From Thecamonas trahens ATCC 50062 (taxonomy: Eukaryota > Protista > Apusomonadida): a DNA stretch of 63,924 nucleotides. This document shows positions 1-11,084 of this stretch, in pieces. The first letter of the stretch is position 1. Every line of letters begins with the position of its first letter. The notes beneath the pieces are model-generated. The model was not told the origin of the DNA. It worked only from the letters and a program-made list of their open reading frames with translations, and searched no databases. The stretch is taken from NCBI RefSeq assembly GCF_000142905.1, contig NW_013657627.1:1-63924 (forward strand), in the 5' to 3' direction. Both the position numbers and the translations under genes were made by a program.

Positions 1-585
1 GCAGACACTGTTGGTCTGTTGGCCTGATGCACATGATTGTCATCGTCGTCGTCGCCATCACCATCACCTCCACCGCCAGTCGCCAGCCCAGCCCAGCCCA
101 CTCTCCTTCACCGACATCGACACCAACTGACGATGGCGCACCCATGACCACTTCCTAGCCTGATCCTACTCACCCTCCCTTCTACCCTCCTCCATCTCGC
201 CCCGCAGCCCACAACTGCCCCCTCCTCCAATCCCAAGCCCTCGTCTCCATCGACACCCCTCCTGCCAACTGCGCCGCTGATCATGACTAGGCCCAAGTCC
301 GACTGTCCGAGAACAAGCCACTCCTCATCTCACTCTCCTCCGTAACCACATCTTCGTCCCCGCCTCCCCTCAACCCCTACACCCACTCCCATCGGCCTAC
401 CCATGCCTCAATCCCGACGGCGACGGGCACGGCGACTTGGACGACCCGACAGCAATCACATCACCAAGACCAGCAGCATCAGCAACACCAGCTCTACCAC
501 ACCCAATACAAGCCAATCGCAAGTAAACAAGATCGCAGCCACCGCCATCGCCCCCATCCCCACCATGACTCTTGCCCCTCGTCAT

Positions 586-3063
586 TTACTGCCCTGCCTC
601 CTCCACCTTCACAAGCCCTCCCCCGATAAAGTACTCGGCCACCATCCGCCGCCGCTCTCTCACCTCGCTCAGCACGCCAAGGATCGAATTCCACGACTTG
701 CCTTCCCCCACATGCATCCGCAGCACCTCCTCCCTGCTCGGCATCCGGATCGCCTCCAGGAACTTGCGCCGCTTCCACTCGCGGTACTCGCCAGACGACA
801 TCCCACTGCTGGATTCCGAGCTCGAGCTGCTGCTTCCCGCATCGCTCACGACCCCAATCACACACGACGATTCCCCGTCATCGCCGCTGTCCGACACCAT
901 CGGCAGAGCCTTCCTCCGTCGCCGCGCTCGCTTCCGCGCGATCCCCTCCACCACGCCCACATCCTCCGCATTCCCCACCATCTCGTCCACGCTCCACCAG
1001 CCAGCTCCGATCACAGCCTTGCTATCGGCGTCAAACACCACCCACCGGCGGATCACTCCGCGCAGCAAATCCTCCATCACCCCGGCCTCCACGTCCACTG
1101 CAAGCGCAAGCCCAGGCCGCAGCACGCCTGCCACACGCGCCATCTCCTCACGTGTCGGCTTCCACGCCACTCCAGCCCCGACATCTTGCGCCGCCAGCCT
1201 TAGCTTCGCCCGCTGCTCCTGGATCGCCAAGTGCGCCACCCACTGCGCCTCGCGCCGCGTCATCCACCCGGAGAACAGCGACTTCTTTGCCTTGCCAGAC
1301 CCAAACTCCAACCTCACATGCAGCATTCCATTGCGCGTCGGGTGCTGGCCTGCATTCCGGGCCACAACCGCCCTCACCATCTTCCTATCGACCACAAACC
1401 CTCGCATCGCCAGGGCACTACCCTTGGCCGCAGACACCGCGCTCCGCTCAGACTTGGGCACTGCCCTCACCTCAGCTTTGCGTTCCATTCGCACACACGC
1501 CTCCCGCGGATCAACCTCCATCAGCCGGCCCAGATACCCGCTCGACGTCGCTATCTCTTCCGCCACCGCCAATCCGGTCCCCGCCTTCCGCCCCGCCAGC
1601 ACATCCTCCACAATTCGATGCGCAGCAAGCGCAACCTCATCCTGCCGCAACCAATACGCCCCGTAGCCCTGTCTGTTAGCCGTAAACTGATAATACACCG
1701 CACTTGGATCCATCGGATGCCGTCCATACTCCTTAATCAACATCGCGCTCAGCTTGGCTCCATCAACCTCAAACCCATCCAGCGTCACCCTGTTCCACTC
1801 ACCAACAGGCCACCGATCTCCATGTCTGACCCCATACGACCACAACATCATAGCCCGTGACCGCCCCATCACCCGCGGATCGCCATCACACACCTCCACC
1901 CTCCCATCCAAGCCACTCGTCGTCGCTGTCCCTCGCTTCGTAGCCCGTTCCGCCGCAGCAGCAGCGTACTCTGCCCGCTTGGCCTCCCGCTCAGTCTCGC
2001 TCAGCGCCAGCCACTCACGAATCGCCATGTGCGCCACCCACTCCGCCTCGTCAACCGTCAGCCATCCCGAGAACAGCTGCCGCGCCGCATTGCCATATGC
2101 CACATCCAAGTGATAGTAGGCCATCATCTCGCGCAGAGGATGCATGCCCCTATTTTTGACCACACTCACCACCACTTTCTTCCCATCGAGCAGGTAGCCC
2201 TGCGCAAACACACGCATCGCCCGTCCGTCCACAGCTTGCCTATCCTTGGCAGCCACCGTTCCTGCTTCCGCCTTACGTTTCGCCTGCTCTTGCGCATCCC
2301 GCGGATCTACAGCAGGTATCTCCCCCTCCCACCGACTTTCGCTCACTCGCGTGTCCACATCACCATCCAGTGGGCTCCCGCTCAACACAGACTGGACGAG
2401 CAGATGCGCCACAACCTCCAGCTCGCGCACAGCATACCATCCAGAATGTAGCGACTTGCCTCCCACGTTGAATCGCCAGTAGAACACATCCGTGAAATCA
2501 GGATGTATTCCCGCATTCTTTTCCAGCACCATCCTCATCGGCCTCCCCTCCACCAGATACTCGTCCAGCCGAGGCGCAAGCGATGCTACCCCTTCCGGTA
2601 CAGCCAGCCGATCCCGACGATGCACCGTCCTCCCCCTCTTCATCCGCACAGCTGCCTCCACTCGCGGATCTACGTTCCACGAACCCTTGAACGGCGACAC
2701 GGTCCGCTCATCCCCCCTTCCTCCTTTCTTCAGCTGCCGCAGCTCGTCCAGCGCGTCCACGCCGCCGGCCGCCAGCATAGCCCCGACCGCCCTCACCTCG
2801 TCGACCGAGAACCACCCGCACAACAGGCTCTTCCTCTCAGCCGACGTAACCGCCCAGTTCAGCACTCCTTCCATCTCAGGATGCATCCCATACGCCTGAT
2901 GTGGCGACGCCCGCAAGCCCTTCTCCAGCTTGACCCTCGCGCCCACCACAGCCTTGCGCTTGCCCACACACACCCTCCTCGCCACCTCCATCCGCCGACT
3001 CTGGTCAGCCACAGCAGCCACCGCCAACTGCCGCGCGTCGGCAAAGGTGTTGCCCTTTTTCAT
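586..3063 (-). CDS. Hypothetical ~825-aa protein built from about six copies of an unrecognised ~60-aa domain
   Basis: Long uninterrupted ORF, first ATG near 3063. Recurrent motif G-[YF]-x-[VL]-DG...G-x-HP...[SC]GW-x3-E-x2-[VA]AH. Confidence 0.7.
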   Translation of the reverse strand: MKKGNTFADARQLAVAAVADQSRRMEVARRVCVGKRKAVVGARVKLEKGLRASPHQAYGMHPEMEGVLNWAVTSAERKSLLCGWFSVDEVRAVGAMLAAGGVDALDELRQLKKGGRGDERTVSPFKGSWNVDPRVEAAVRMKRGRTVHRRDRLAVPEGVASLAPRLDEYLVEGRPMRMVLEKNAGIHPDFTDVFYWRFNVGGKSLHSGWYAVRELEVVAHLLVQSVLSGSPLDGDVDTRVSESRWEGEIPAVDPRDAQEQAKRKAEAGTVAAKDRQAVDGRAMRVFAQGYLLDGKKVVVSVVKNRGMHPLREMMAYYHLDVAYGNAARQLFSGWLTVDEAEWVAHMAIREWLALSETEREAKRAEYAAAAAERATKRGTATTSGLDGRVEVCDGDPRVMGRSRAMMLWSYGVRHGDRWPVGEWNRVTLDGFEVDGAKLSAMLIKEYGRHPMDPSAVYYQFTANRQGYGAYWLRQDEVALAAHRIVEDVLAGRKAGTGLAVAEEIATSSGYLGRLMEVDPREACVRMERKAEVRAVPKSERSAVSAAKGSALAMRGFVVDRKMVRAVVARNAGQHPTRNGMLHVRLEFGSGKAKKSLFSGWMTRREAQWVAHLAIQEQRAKLRLAAQDVGAGVAWKPTREEMARVAGVLRPGLALAVDVEAGVMEDLLRGVIRRWVVFDADSKAVIGAGWWSVDEMVGNAEDVGVVEGIARKRARRRRKALPMVSDSGDDGESSCVIGVVSDAGSSSSSSESSSGMSSGEYREWKRRKFLEAIRMPSREEVLRMHVGEGKSWNSILGVLSEVRERRRMVAEYFIGGGLVKVEEAGQ

Positions 3064-3797
3064 GGCTGCCATTCTATGTGGATGGACTTTGTGTAAAGTG
3101 GGGTGTTCTGCCCGCTCTCCCGCCTCTCGTGGTAGTTGTCCTCAGGTGGACAACTGTGTGCCTCCTCGCATGGCCACGGCATGTCACCCGACATCAAGAC
3201 TCATGACTTGGCCACACACACACGGTACTCTCGGCATACACCGTAGTCATTGTGTCGTGTCCTTGTGCTCCCTACGAGATGCCGCCGCCTGTCGATGTTG
3301 ATCGCTCGCCGACATGGGGATATCATTGGCGTGCAAAGCGGCCTTGTCGTCCTCTCCGACCGGCGGGGACGCACGGCACGATACCGCCCATGCAGACGGC
3401 TATGAACCACATCCACCCCCACAGATGCTGTTTAGAGTATGTATGCCCAGTATCAATACGATCTGAGCTCTTGGCGTCGCACACAGCCTCTCTTGACGAC
3501 CCATCAGTCCGCCATGACCACGCCGCTCTTCGCGGCGGCAAGTCAGACCGACCACCACCGCCCACGCCTCTCCCTCGCCCGCGGCTACCACGACATGGCC
3601 AGTTTGCAGAGCCTGGACCCCTCCGCATTGTACGCACACGCGCCCCATCTCCTTCCCTTGCCCGACTAGCCTTGCCAGACGTGACTGTCTCCGCCGTCTC
3701 CCTTCCCGTGGCTGCATGGTGGTGGTGGATAGGGGGGGGGGGAGGGGTATGATTCTACACGGACACGACTCACCCGCCTGGCGACGGATGATATGGG

Positions 3798-5140
3798 ATG
3801 GGCAGCGCGGAGCATACGAACGAGCGGACATGTGGCGGTGATGGGTTTGTGGATGCGCGTGGAGCGCTGGTCATTCCGCCTGGGAGCGAGTACAAGCAGC
3901 AGTACGCGCATCTGTACTTTGCCGGCTGGCGGCTCTGCGGAGCAAGGTCAAGGCGGTTGTTGGCGCGGCGACGATTGTGAGTGTGCTGGAGCTCTCGGAG
4001 GAGATGGAGGATGTGGTGCTTATTGGGACGCTGTTCAAGTGTATGCCCAAGAAGCACACCATTCTGGACGAGTACGTCAAGGAGGCGTGGGTTGCGCCGC
4101 CGACCATCGCGGCGTCGTACGCGTCGGCCGACGACTCGCTCATCTTGGAAGACGACTCTGGCCGGGTTAATCTCACCGGGTCCAAGGAGGTGCTGCGTGT
4201 GGGCACAGTTGTGACGGGCGTGGTTGTGGGCGTCCGCGGCGGGCTCAACGCGGATGGCGAGTTTGAGGTGACACAAGTGTACTACCCGGGCACGGATGCT
4301 GTGCCGCGTGTTGTGCCTGTCAGCGACGAGTCTGCGCCGGACAAGATGATGCTTCTTGTGTCTGACCTGGGCATTGGGGCGAACGATAGTTCGAGTCAGC
4401 TGGCGCGGGATCTGCTGATGGACTGGGTGGCTGGGGCGGTGGGCGACGGGCCTGAGGTTGGCCTTGCTGCTGCTGTGGAGCGTGTTGTGATTGCGGGCAA
4501 TGCGTTGGCAGCAGGTGACGCGCCTGAGACACGCAAGGTGAACCAGGCGCCGCGGTTGGCGATGGATGCGATTTCCGAGCTGGATGCGTTTGTGGCAGGC
4601 ATCGCGGCGTGTGTGCCCGTGGTGGTCATGTCGGGCGGGAACGACCCGACCAACTTTTTCCACCCGCTGCAAGCGCTCCATCGGTCGCTTCTGCCGAAGG
4701 CTGGGCGGTTTGAGACGCTGACGCTTGCGCCGTCGCCGTATGCGTTTGATCTGGGGGACATTCGTGTGGCTGGCGAGTGTGGCGACGCGATCAACGACGT
4801 GCGGCGGTATGTCGATGCCGAGACGGCTGGCGATCCGGCGGGGCTGGTGAGCTCGATTGTCCAGTGGCGGCACACGGCGCCGACGGCGCCGGAGACCCTG
4901 GCTGCGTACCCGTTCAAGGACAACGACCCGTTTATCCTGGACGAGGTGCCGAATGTGTACTTTGCTGGCGCGCAGCCGCAGTTTGGAGTGACCGGTGCGG
5001 CATGCAATGCGGGAGCGAGCACATGTGTTGCCGTCCCGTCGTTCCGGACGACGCACACAGCGGTGCTGGTTGCGCTCACTGCCGCCGGGGCAGTGCACTC
5101 TGTGACGCCGCTCAAGTTCGAGGTCAACGCACAGGAGTAA
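3798..5140 (+). CDS. POLD2: DNA polymerase delta subunit 2 (Pol31), with one apparent 1-nt frameshift at ~3923
   Basis: QQYAHLYFA(RL), LILEDDSGRV, VIAGN, GGNDPTN..HP, WRHTAPTAPETL..YPF..NDPF..PNVYFAG match the POLD2 family. Adding one C at GCC^GG joins ORF 3798 to ORF 3977-5140. Confidence 0.92.
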
Positions 5141-5148
5141 AGACTAGC

Positions 5149-8100
5149 CTAGCCGGACGATGCCTTGAACGAGCCAAAGAGTTTCTTGACGCCAGCCTTG
5201 GCCTTGTCACGAACGGCGGCCATGCGCGACGGCGAGTTGGCGGATGCAAGCTCGATGTTCTGCAGCATTTCGAGCTGTGCACGCAGGGCCCGGCGCTCCT
5301 GTGCTGCCTGGAGCGCTGCTGTCGACCGCTTCTTCCGCTTCTTGCGAGGGCGATCAAGGTCGCGCCGGAGCCCGTTTGCTGCCTGCGTATCGAGGGTGGG
5401 CTCGGGCGGCGGAGCCAGCTCGGCAAAGTCGTTGAACGCTGTCGCTGCCGCGGGCGATGAGACACGAACAGCGCCGAGCCGCGTGCGATGTGGCGTGCGA
5501 CGGCGCGCAGGGACATGTGCGCCAGTAAGCTCACTGGGCGAAGCCAGAGACGAGATATCAAAGTTAGACGCAAGTGCTGGTGGCGATGACGACAGTGTGT
5601 CGGTCTCGGCTTCGGACGTGTCGTCGCCCCAGCCGCCAGCCGACTCGCCGGTTGCGGTTGTGGGGAGAGTGGCGTTGTCTTGGTGGGGAGCTGTAGGCTC
5701 GGATTTGGGGAGAGTGACATCGTCTTGGTGGGGAGCTGTAGGCTCGGATTCGGGGAGAGTGGTGTCGTCAGCGCCGTCGACGTCGATCTCGATGTCGATC
5801 TCGATCTCGTCGTCGCTGTTGTCGCCCCAGTCACCAACCCACTCGCCGCTTGTGGTTGCAGGGAGCGCGGCGTCGTGGTGGTGGCTTGCGGGCTCGGATT
5901 CGGGGAGAGTGGCGTCGTCTTGGTGGGGAGCTGTAGGCTCGGATTCGGGGAGAGTGGTGTCGTCAGCGCCGTCGTCGTCGATCTCGATGTCGATCTCGAT
6001 CTCGTCGTCGCTGTTGTCGCCCCAGTCACCAACCCACTCGCCGCTTGTGGTTGCAGGGAGCGCGGCGTCGTGGTGGTGGCTTGCGGGCTCGGATTCGGAG
6101 AGCGCGGTGTCGTCAGCTCCATCGTTGTCGATCTCGGTCTCAGTCTCGATCTCGTCGTCTCCGCCCTCACCCCAGCCGTCAACCCACTCGCCGCTTGCGG
6201 TTGCAGGGCGCACGGCGTCATCAGCGCCGTCGTCGATCTCGGTCTCAGTCTCGATCTCGTCGTCTCCGCCCTCACCCCAGCCGTCAACCCACTCGCCGCT
6301 TGCGGTTGCAGGGCGCACGGCGTCATCAGCGCCGTCGTCGATCTCGGTCTCAGTCTCGATCTCGTCGTCGCTGTCGTCGCCCCAGCCGCCAGCCCACTCA
6401 CTCTCATCGCCGTCTGCAGGCTCAGGCTCGGCGTCGGGCGCAGCGGCGAGAGCGCGCGCGCCATCGGCATCAGCCTCGATAGCCACATTGTTGTCGTTGT
6501 CGTCGCGACAGCTGCCAGCCGACTCGCCGCTCGCAGTCTCGGCGAGCACACCAAGATTATCAACGTCATTGTCGACATCAATCTCGATGTCAATCTCGTC
6601 GTCTCCGCCCTCACCCCAGCCGCCAGCCCAATCATTGCTCGCGGTCTCGGGCAGCAGAGCGACATGACCAACTGAAGGCTCGAGCTCGTCGTCGGCCACC
6701 GGCACGACATGATCAACCATGCCAGTAGGCAACTCGGTGCTATGCAGGGCAGTGGGCGGCGGCGTCGCACGCGACTCGGGCGACCGCGTCACCCCGCGCA
6801 GCACCTCGCTGTCACCCGACTCTTCCGAGCCCCACCCAGCCGAGCCATCATCGCTGTTTGGTTCCACTCGCAGCGCCGCCGACAGCTCCGGCTTTGGCCT
6901 CACCAGCGTTGCAGCTTTGAACTCGGGTTCCATGTCGGCAAAGAAGCCGCCCGCGATCGCGGGCGCGGGCCGGCGTGGCGGCGTTACCACAACCGGCTCG
7001 ATGTCGACCGGCTCAGCGATCACAGGCTCGACATCAATCGGCTCGACATCGACAAGCTCGGCGTCGACAAGCTCGGCGTCGACAAGCTCGGTGTTGACAA
7101 GCTCGGCGTCGACAAGCTCGGTGTCGACAAGCTCGGCGCCGACAAGCTCGGTGTCGACAGCCTCGGTGTCGACAGCCTCGGTGTCGACCGGATGGACGAC
7201 CACGGGCTCGACGAGGGCAGCCGACTCGGCCGGAAGGGTCTCGGGCACTGCGCCAACCAGGTGCGACGAGCGAATCCAGCGGCTCATGCCGCGCTGGCGC
7301 ATCGACCGCTTGAGCGGAGCCAGGAGAAGGTCCAAGGAGAAGGCCGAGAGCGCATGGCGCGGGGCGTTTGGCGCGAGCGCAGATGCCCGCAGCTGCTGGA
7401 GGGCGGCATCGGCTGCGTCGCGGACGGCGGCGCGGGGATCGAGGAGGAGCTCGAGGAGGAGAGCGGACTTTTCTACAGCCTTGACGGTCCCGAGCACGGC
7501 CTCGGACGCCGACCACAGGTGGGTGACGGCGGCGACGCGCACGAGCTCATCCGGATCGCGGATGCGGAGGCGCAGCGCGGTGAGCATGTCATTCTGCAAG
7601 GCGGCTGACCAGGCGTCGGACGAGGCGGCGAGGAGCAGGCCGCAGGCGGAGGCGACCCGCGCACGGATGGCGGGCGAGGGTCGCCCAACAAGTGGACAAA
7701 GGCGTTTCCGGTGCGGTGGCAGAGGGTGGCAAAGGTGGAGGCCAGCCACGGCTGGGTCCCGTTGGAACGCAGCAGGACTGCAACGGCAGCGTCTGCCGAG
7801 GCAATCACGATGGCGTCGTCGCTGTCGCGGAGTCCGCGCGGGAGATGGAGAGGAAGATCAAGGACGGCGACGCCGTGCTCGGAGAGGCGGTCCACTGCCA
7901 GGGCCAGACTGCGCAGTAGCGGGAGGCGCACGGCGCGCAGCGGCAGGTCAAAGCCTTTGGCAAAGAAGGGAAGCATGACACGCTCAAAGGCGGCGGAGTC
8001 GCCCAGCAGCGAGGCGAGCGAGCGGGGGCCCGAGCCAAAGAGAAACTCGATGAGGCTGTGTGTGAGAGGCTCGACAAAGAGCATGGGCTGCAGCAGGAGC

Positions 8101-9143
8101 GGGGCGACGCGAGAGAGGATGACCGAGGCCGGGAGAGGCTCGACGATGCTAGGGACCAATGCCACAAACTCGGCCTTTGCGGCGGCGTCGAGGGTGGCAA
8201 ACTCGCGTGCACCGTGGGCAAGAAACACAAGCGGCGCATGGTGAGGGCTTGCGGTTGGCGAGAGGCCAGGGCGCAACGGCAGCATGGCCATGGTTGGGCG
8301 GGAGCGCGGCTCGGGCGCCCGCAGCGCGTGCTCGATTTTTGCGAGGGCGTTCCCGAACTCAGTGTTGGGAAAGGCGGCGATGAGAGCGCGGACAACAGCG
8401 CCGAGACCAAAAGCATCGCGAGCAAAGAGGGTGGCGTCGTGGTTGTGGACGGGATTTGCGGCGATGTCGTCCTCGGGCGCGCGGGCGCGCGGATCACGCA
8501 CGCTCCGGGTCTGTTCCAGAAACGGGGTTGTCTGTAGTGTCTTTGGCGAGACAACAAACTCAAGGCCGACGAGAACAAAGGCGTGGGAGGCGGCCGAGAC
8601 AAAGACGGTGGCGGGTGAGACGTTGTTGTGGACGAGGCGAGCGGTGGCGTGAAGAAAGTGCAGCGCATCGGCGAGCGCGACCAGCCCCTCCTGCGCCTCC
8701 TGCCAATGCAGCTTGCCGGCTGCCAGCACACTTTCGAGCGGGATCATGTGCTCGGTGGCGATGACGAGCATGTCGTTGCTGAGGACGACGTCGTTGGCGG
8801 CGACCAGACCCGGGTGCCTCAGCTGCTTGGCGCGCTTGGCGGCATTCCTCACAGCCCGCCTCTGCACGGCGGCAGCCACGCCGTTGCCTCCGGCGTCCCC
8901 GTCGGAGTCCAGACTATACTTGAAGAGGGTGGCGCTCTCTCCGCCGAGCCTTCCTCCGACGGCGCGCCACAGTCCGTTCCGAGCCACCTCGACCTGGCCG
9001 AGCTCGAGCGGACGGCGGCCCGGCCTTTGACGGCCACCACCAGCGGCACTGGCACCAGTTGTGGCGAGGGTAGTGGTAGCTGAGCTACTGGCAGCGGCGG
9101 TCTGTGGTCCGGTGCCGGCTGGCCGTGAGCCTGTGTTGCCCAT
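5149..9143 (-). CDS. SCY1-like pseudokinase (SCYL1/SCYL3/Cex1 family) with HEAT-like repeats and an acidic repeat tail; frameshift at ~7679
   Basis: Starts MGNTGS. KQLRHPGLV, IATE, LHFLH..LVHNNVSPATVFV and GLEF form a pseudokinase signature, followed by helical repeats and a tail of W-G-D/E acidic repeats. Two overlapping ORFs join on adding one C. Confidence 0.8.
5600..6660. repeat. Imperfect in-frame tandem repeats (including 105-bp units) encoding acidic W-x-x-x-WG-[DE] segments
   Basis: TCGATCTCGGTCTCAGTC recurs at 6128, 6233 and 6338. Longer duplicated blocks lie at 5680-6100. Confidence 0.9.
7040..7190. repeat. 15-bp minisatellite encoding ELVDA/EAVDT
   Basis: GTCGACAAGCTCGGY repeated about 10 times. 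Confidence 0.9.
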
Positions 9144-9177
9144 GGTCGGGTGGCTGGCCTGTGGAGCTCCAAGAGTC

Positions 9178-9203
9178 GTGTGTGTGTGTGTGTGTGTGTG
9201 TGT
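9178..9203. repeat. (GT)n microsatellite
   Basis: Seen directly between the oxidoreductase stop codon and the SCY1-like start. Confidence 0.95.
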
Positions 9204-9217
9204 CACTCGACGGCTGC

Positions 9218-10415
9218 TCATCGAGACGGGGCAAACGGTCTCAGATCTAGCGTGCGGGCTTTGCCGGTGAGGACTAGCTCGGCAAGGGCTAGGCCGGTGG
9301 CTTGCGAGTTGAGGATGCCCCAGCAGGAGTGGCCGGCGGCGACGTAGAGCGGCTGGTTGTCGATGACGCGGCCGATGAGCGGGACGGCGTCGTTGCTGGT
9401 GCGGATGGGGAGGAAGCAGGCGTGGGAGGAGGACCGCGGCGCAGCCGCGAGGGCGGAGGAGGAGGCGCGGACGACGTCCTCCAGCTGCTGGATCTCGTGG
9501 GGCGGGCGTGGACCTGGCGCGGAGAGTCTGGCAGGTCGTAGGTCGGCACGTTGCCGGAACACACGTAGACAGAACCGTCCGGGCGTGGATAGATCTCGCA
9601 GTCGACGGTGTTGGCGTCGAGGAAGACTGCGGCGGCGGCGACGTGCGTCTGAGGGTCTAGCACCAGCGAGAATGCCGGCTGGCCGTCGATGTCGAGCAAG
9701 CCGCGGGCGTCTTCGGGTAGCCAGTCGTCGGCGCGGCCGGTCCACGGGCCCATGGCGAGGACGACGTCGTCGGCAGCGAGCTCGCAGGCATGGCTGGGGT
9801 CACTCGCCGGATGCCAGGTAACACCGGCGACAAGGCCATGTGCGGAGTAGAGCAGGCCGGTGACTGCGGCGCCCTCGATGAGCTCGACGTCGACGGCGGG
9901 CGCTGCGTTTGCTCTGCGGATGGCGTCGTCAAGCAGGGCGCGGGTGTAGGGGCGCGGAGTGATCTGGGCGGTGGTGGCGCCGTCATCGCGGCACTCGATG
10001 GAGGCGACAGCGTCGCGGTCGAGCCAAGCGACGGCGTCGTGGTCGGCATCGGGCCCGCGATGGCGGGCGGCGACGGGGCTTGCGGCAGAGGCGGCAAAGA
10101 ACGTCGGCAGGCTGCGGTAGCCGAGGGCGTCGGCCTCTGCGGGCGGGCGAGAGGCGGCGATGTCGGCGGCAAAGGCAGCGTGCATGTCGAAGGAGGTCTC
10201 TGCTAGGACGGCGGCCGGGCCGGAGCACCAATTGCGGGCGAGGAAGCCGCCGGCGCGGCCCGAGGCGGCGCACGCCACCTCGCAGCGCTCGAGCACGACG
10301 AGCTTCAGAGGGCCGGAGCTTGAGGCGGCAGCGAGGCGCACGGCGTGGTTGGTAAAGGCGCAGCCCATGATGCCGGCGCCGACGACTACTACTGTTCGTG
10401 TGCGGGAGTCTGCCA
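9218..10415 (-). CDS. FAD-dependent oxidoreductase (DAO family, TDA3/YHR009C-like); 5' end in a gap; frameshift at ~9500
   Basis: VVVVGAGIMG Rossmann motif, ASGRAGGFL, VVLAMGPW, EIYPRPDG and AAGHSCWGIL. Adding one C in a C run restores a single frame. Confidence 0.85.
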
Positions 10416-10429
10416 GTGGGGGGGGGGGG

Positions 10430-10742
10430 NNNNNNNNNNNNNNNNNNNNNNNNNNNNNNNNNNNNNNNNNNNNNNNNNNNNNNNNNNNNNNNNNNNNNNN
10501 NNNNNNNNNNNNNNNNNNNNNNNNNNNNNNNNNNNNNNNNNNNNNNNNNNNNNNNNNNNNNNNNNNNNNNNNNNNNNNNNNNNNNNNNNNNNNNNNNNNN
10601 NNNNNNNNNNNNNNNNNNNNNNNNNNNNNNNNNNNNNNNNNNNNNNNNNNNNNNNNNNNNNNNNNNNNNNNNNNNNNNNNNNNNNNNNNNNNNNNNNNNN
10701 NNNNNNNNNNNNNNNNNNNNNNNNNNNNNNNNNNNNNNNNNN
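10430..10742. other. Assembly gap
   Basis: Run of N flanked by poly-G. Confidence 1.
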
Positions 10743-11084
10743 TAATGGGGGGGGGGGGGGGGCGTGGCTTGACGGCTTGAGATTTCCTCGCATTTACTTT
10801 GCCGGCCATCTTTGCCAGCACATTGTGCCAATTGACACGGTGATCCGCATGTACGTGAGTGCTGTTCGATGGCTCGCGTACAAACGAAATCAAAAAGAAA
10901 GGAATGGTGGCGCAGAGGGCGCGCGTCGTCGTCGTCGCGCATCGACTGTGTCGACGCCATCGGAGCTCTTAGCAAAGTAAGGTGTCAGCGGCGAATGTTA
11001 GCGACTCGTAGCAGTGGCGGCAAGACTCTCGGTTGCCGGCGGAGCGGTCGCTCCGCTGGCTTGACGGCTTGAGATTCCAGCACA

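Noticed and set aside
403-2899. Many long overlapping plus-strand ORFs here and antisense to other genes
   Set aside because: Shadow ORFs of GC-rich coding DNA with low-complexity R/P/S/A composition and no motifs.
3252-3752. ORF sharing PPP..VDVDRS with the Helitron Rep
   Set aside because: The similarity is too short to establish homology.
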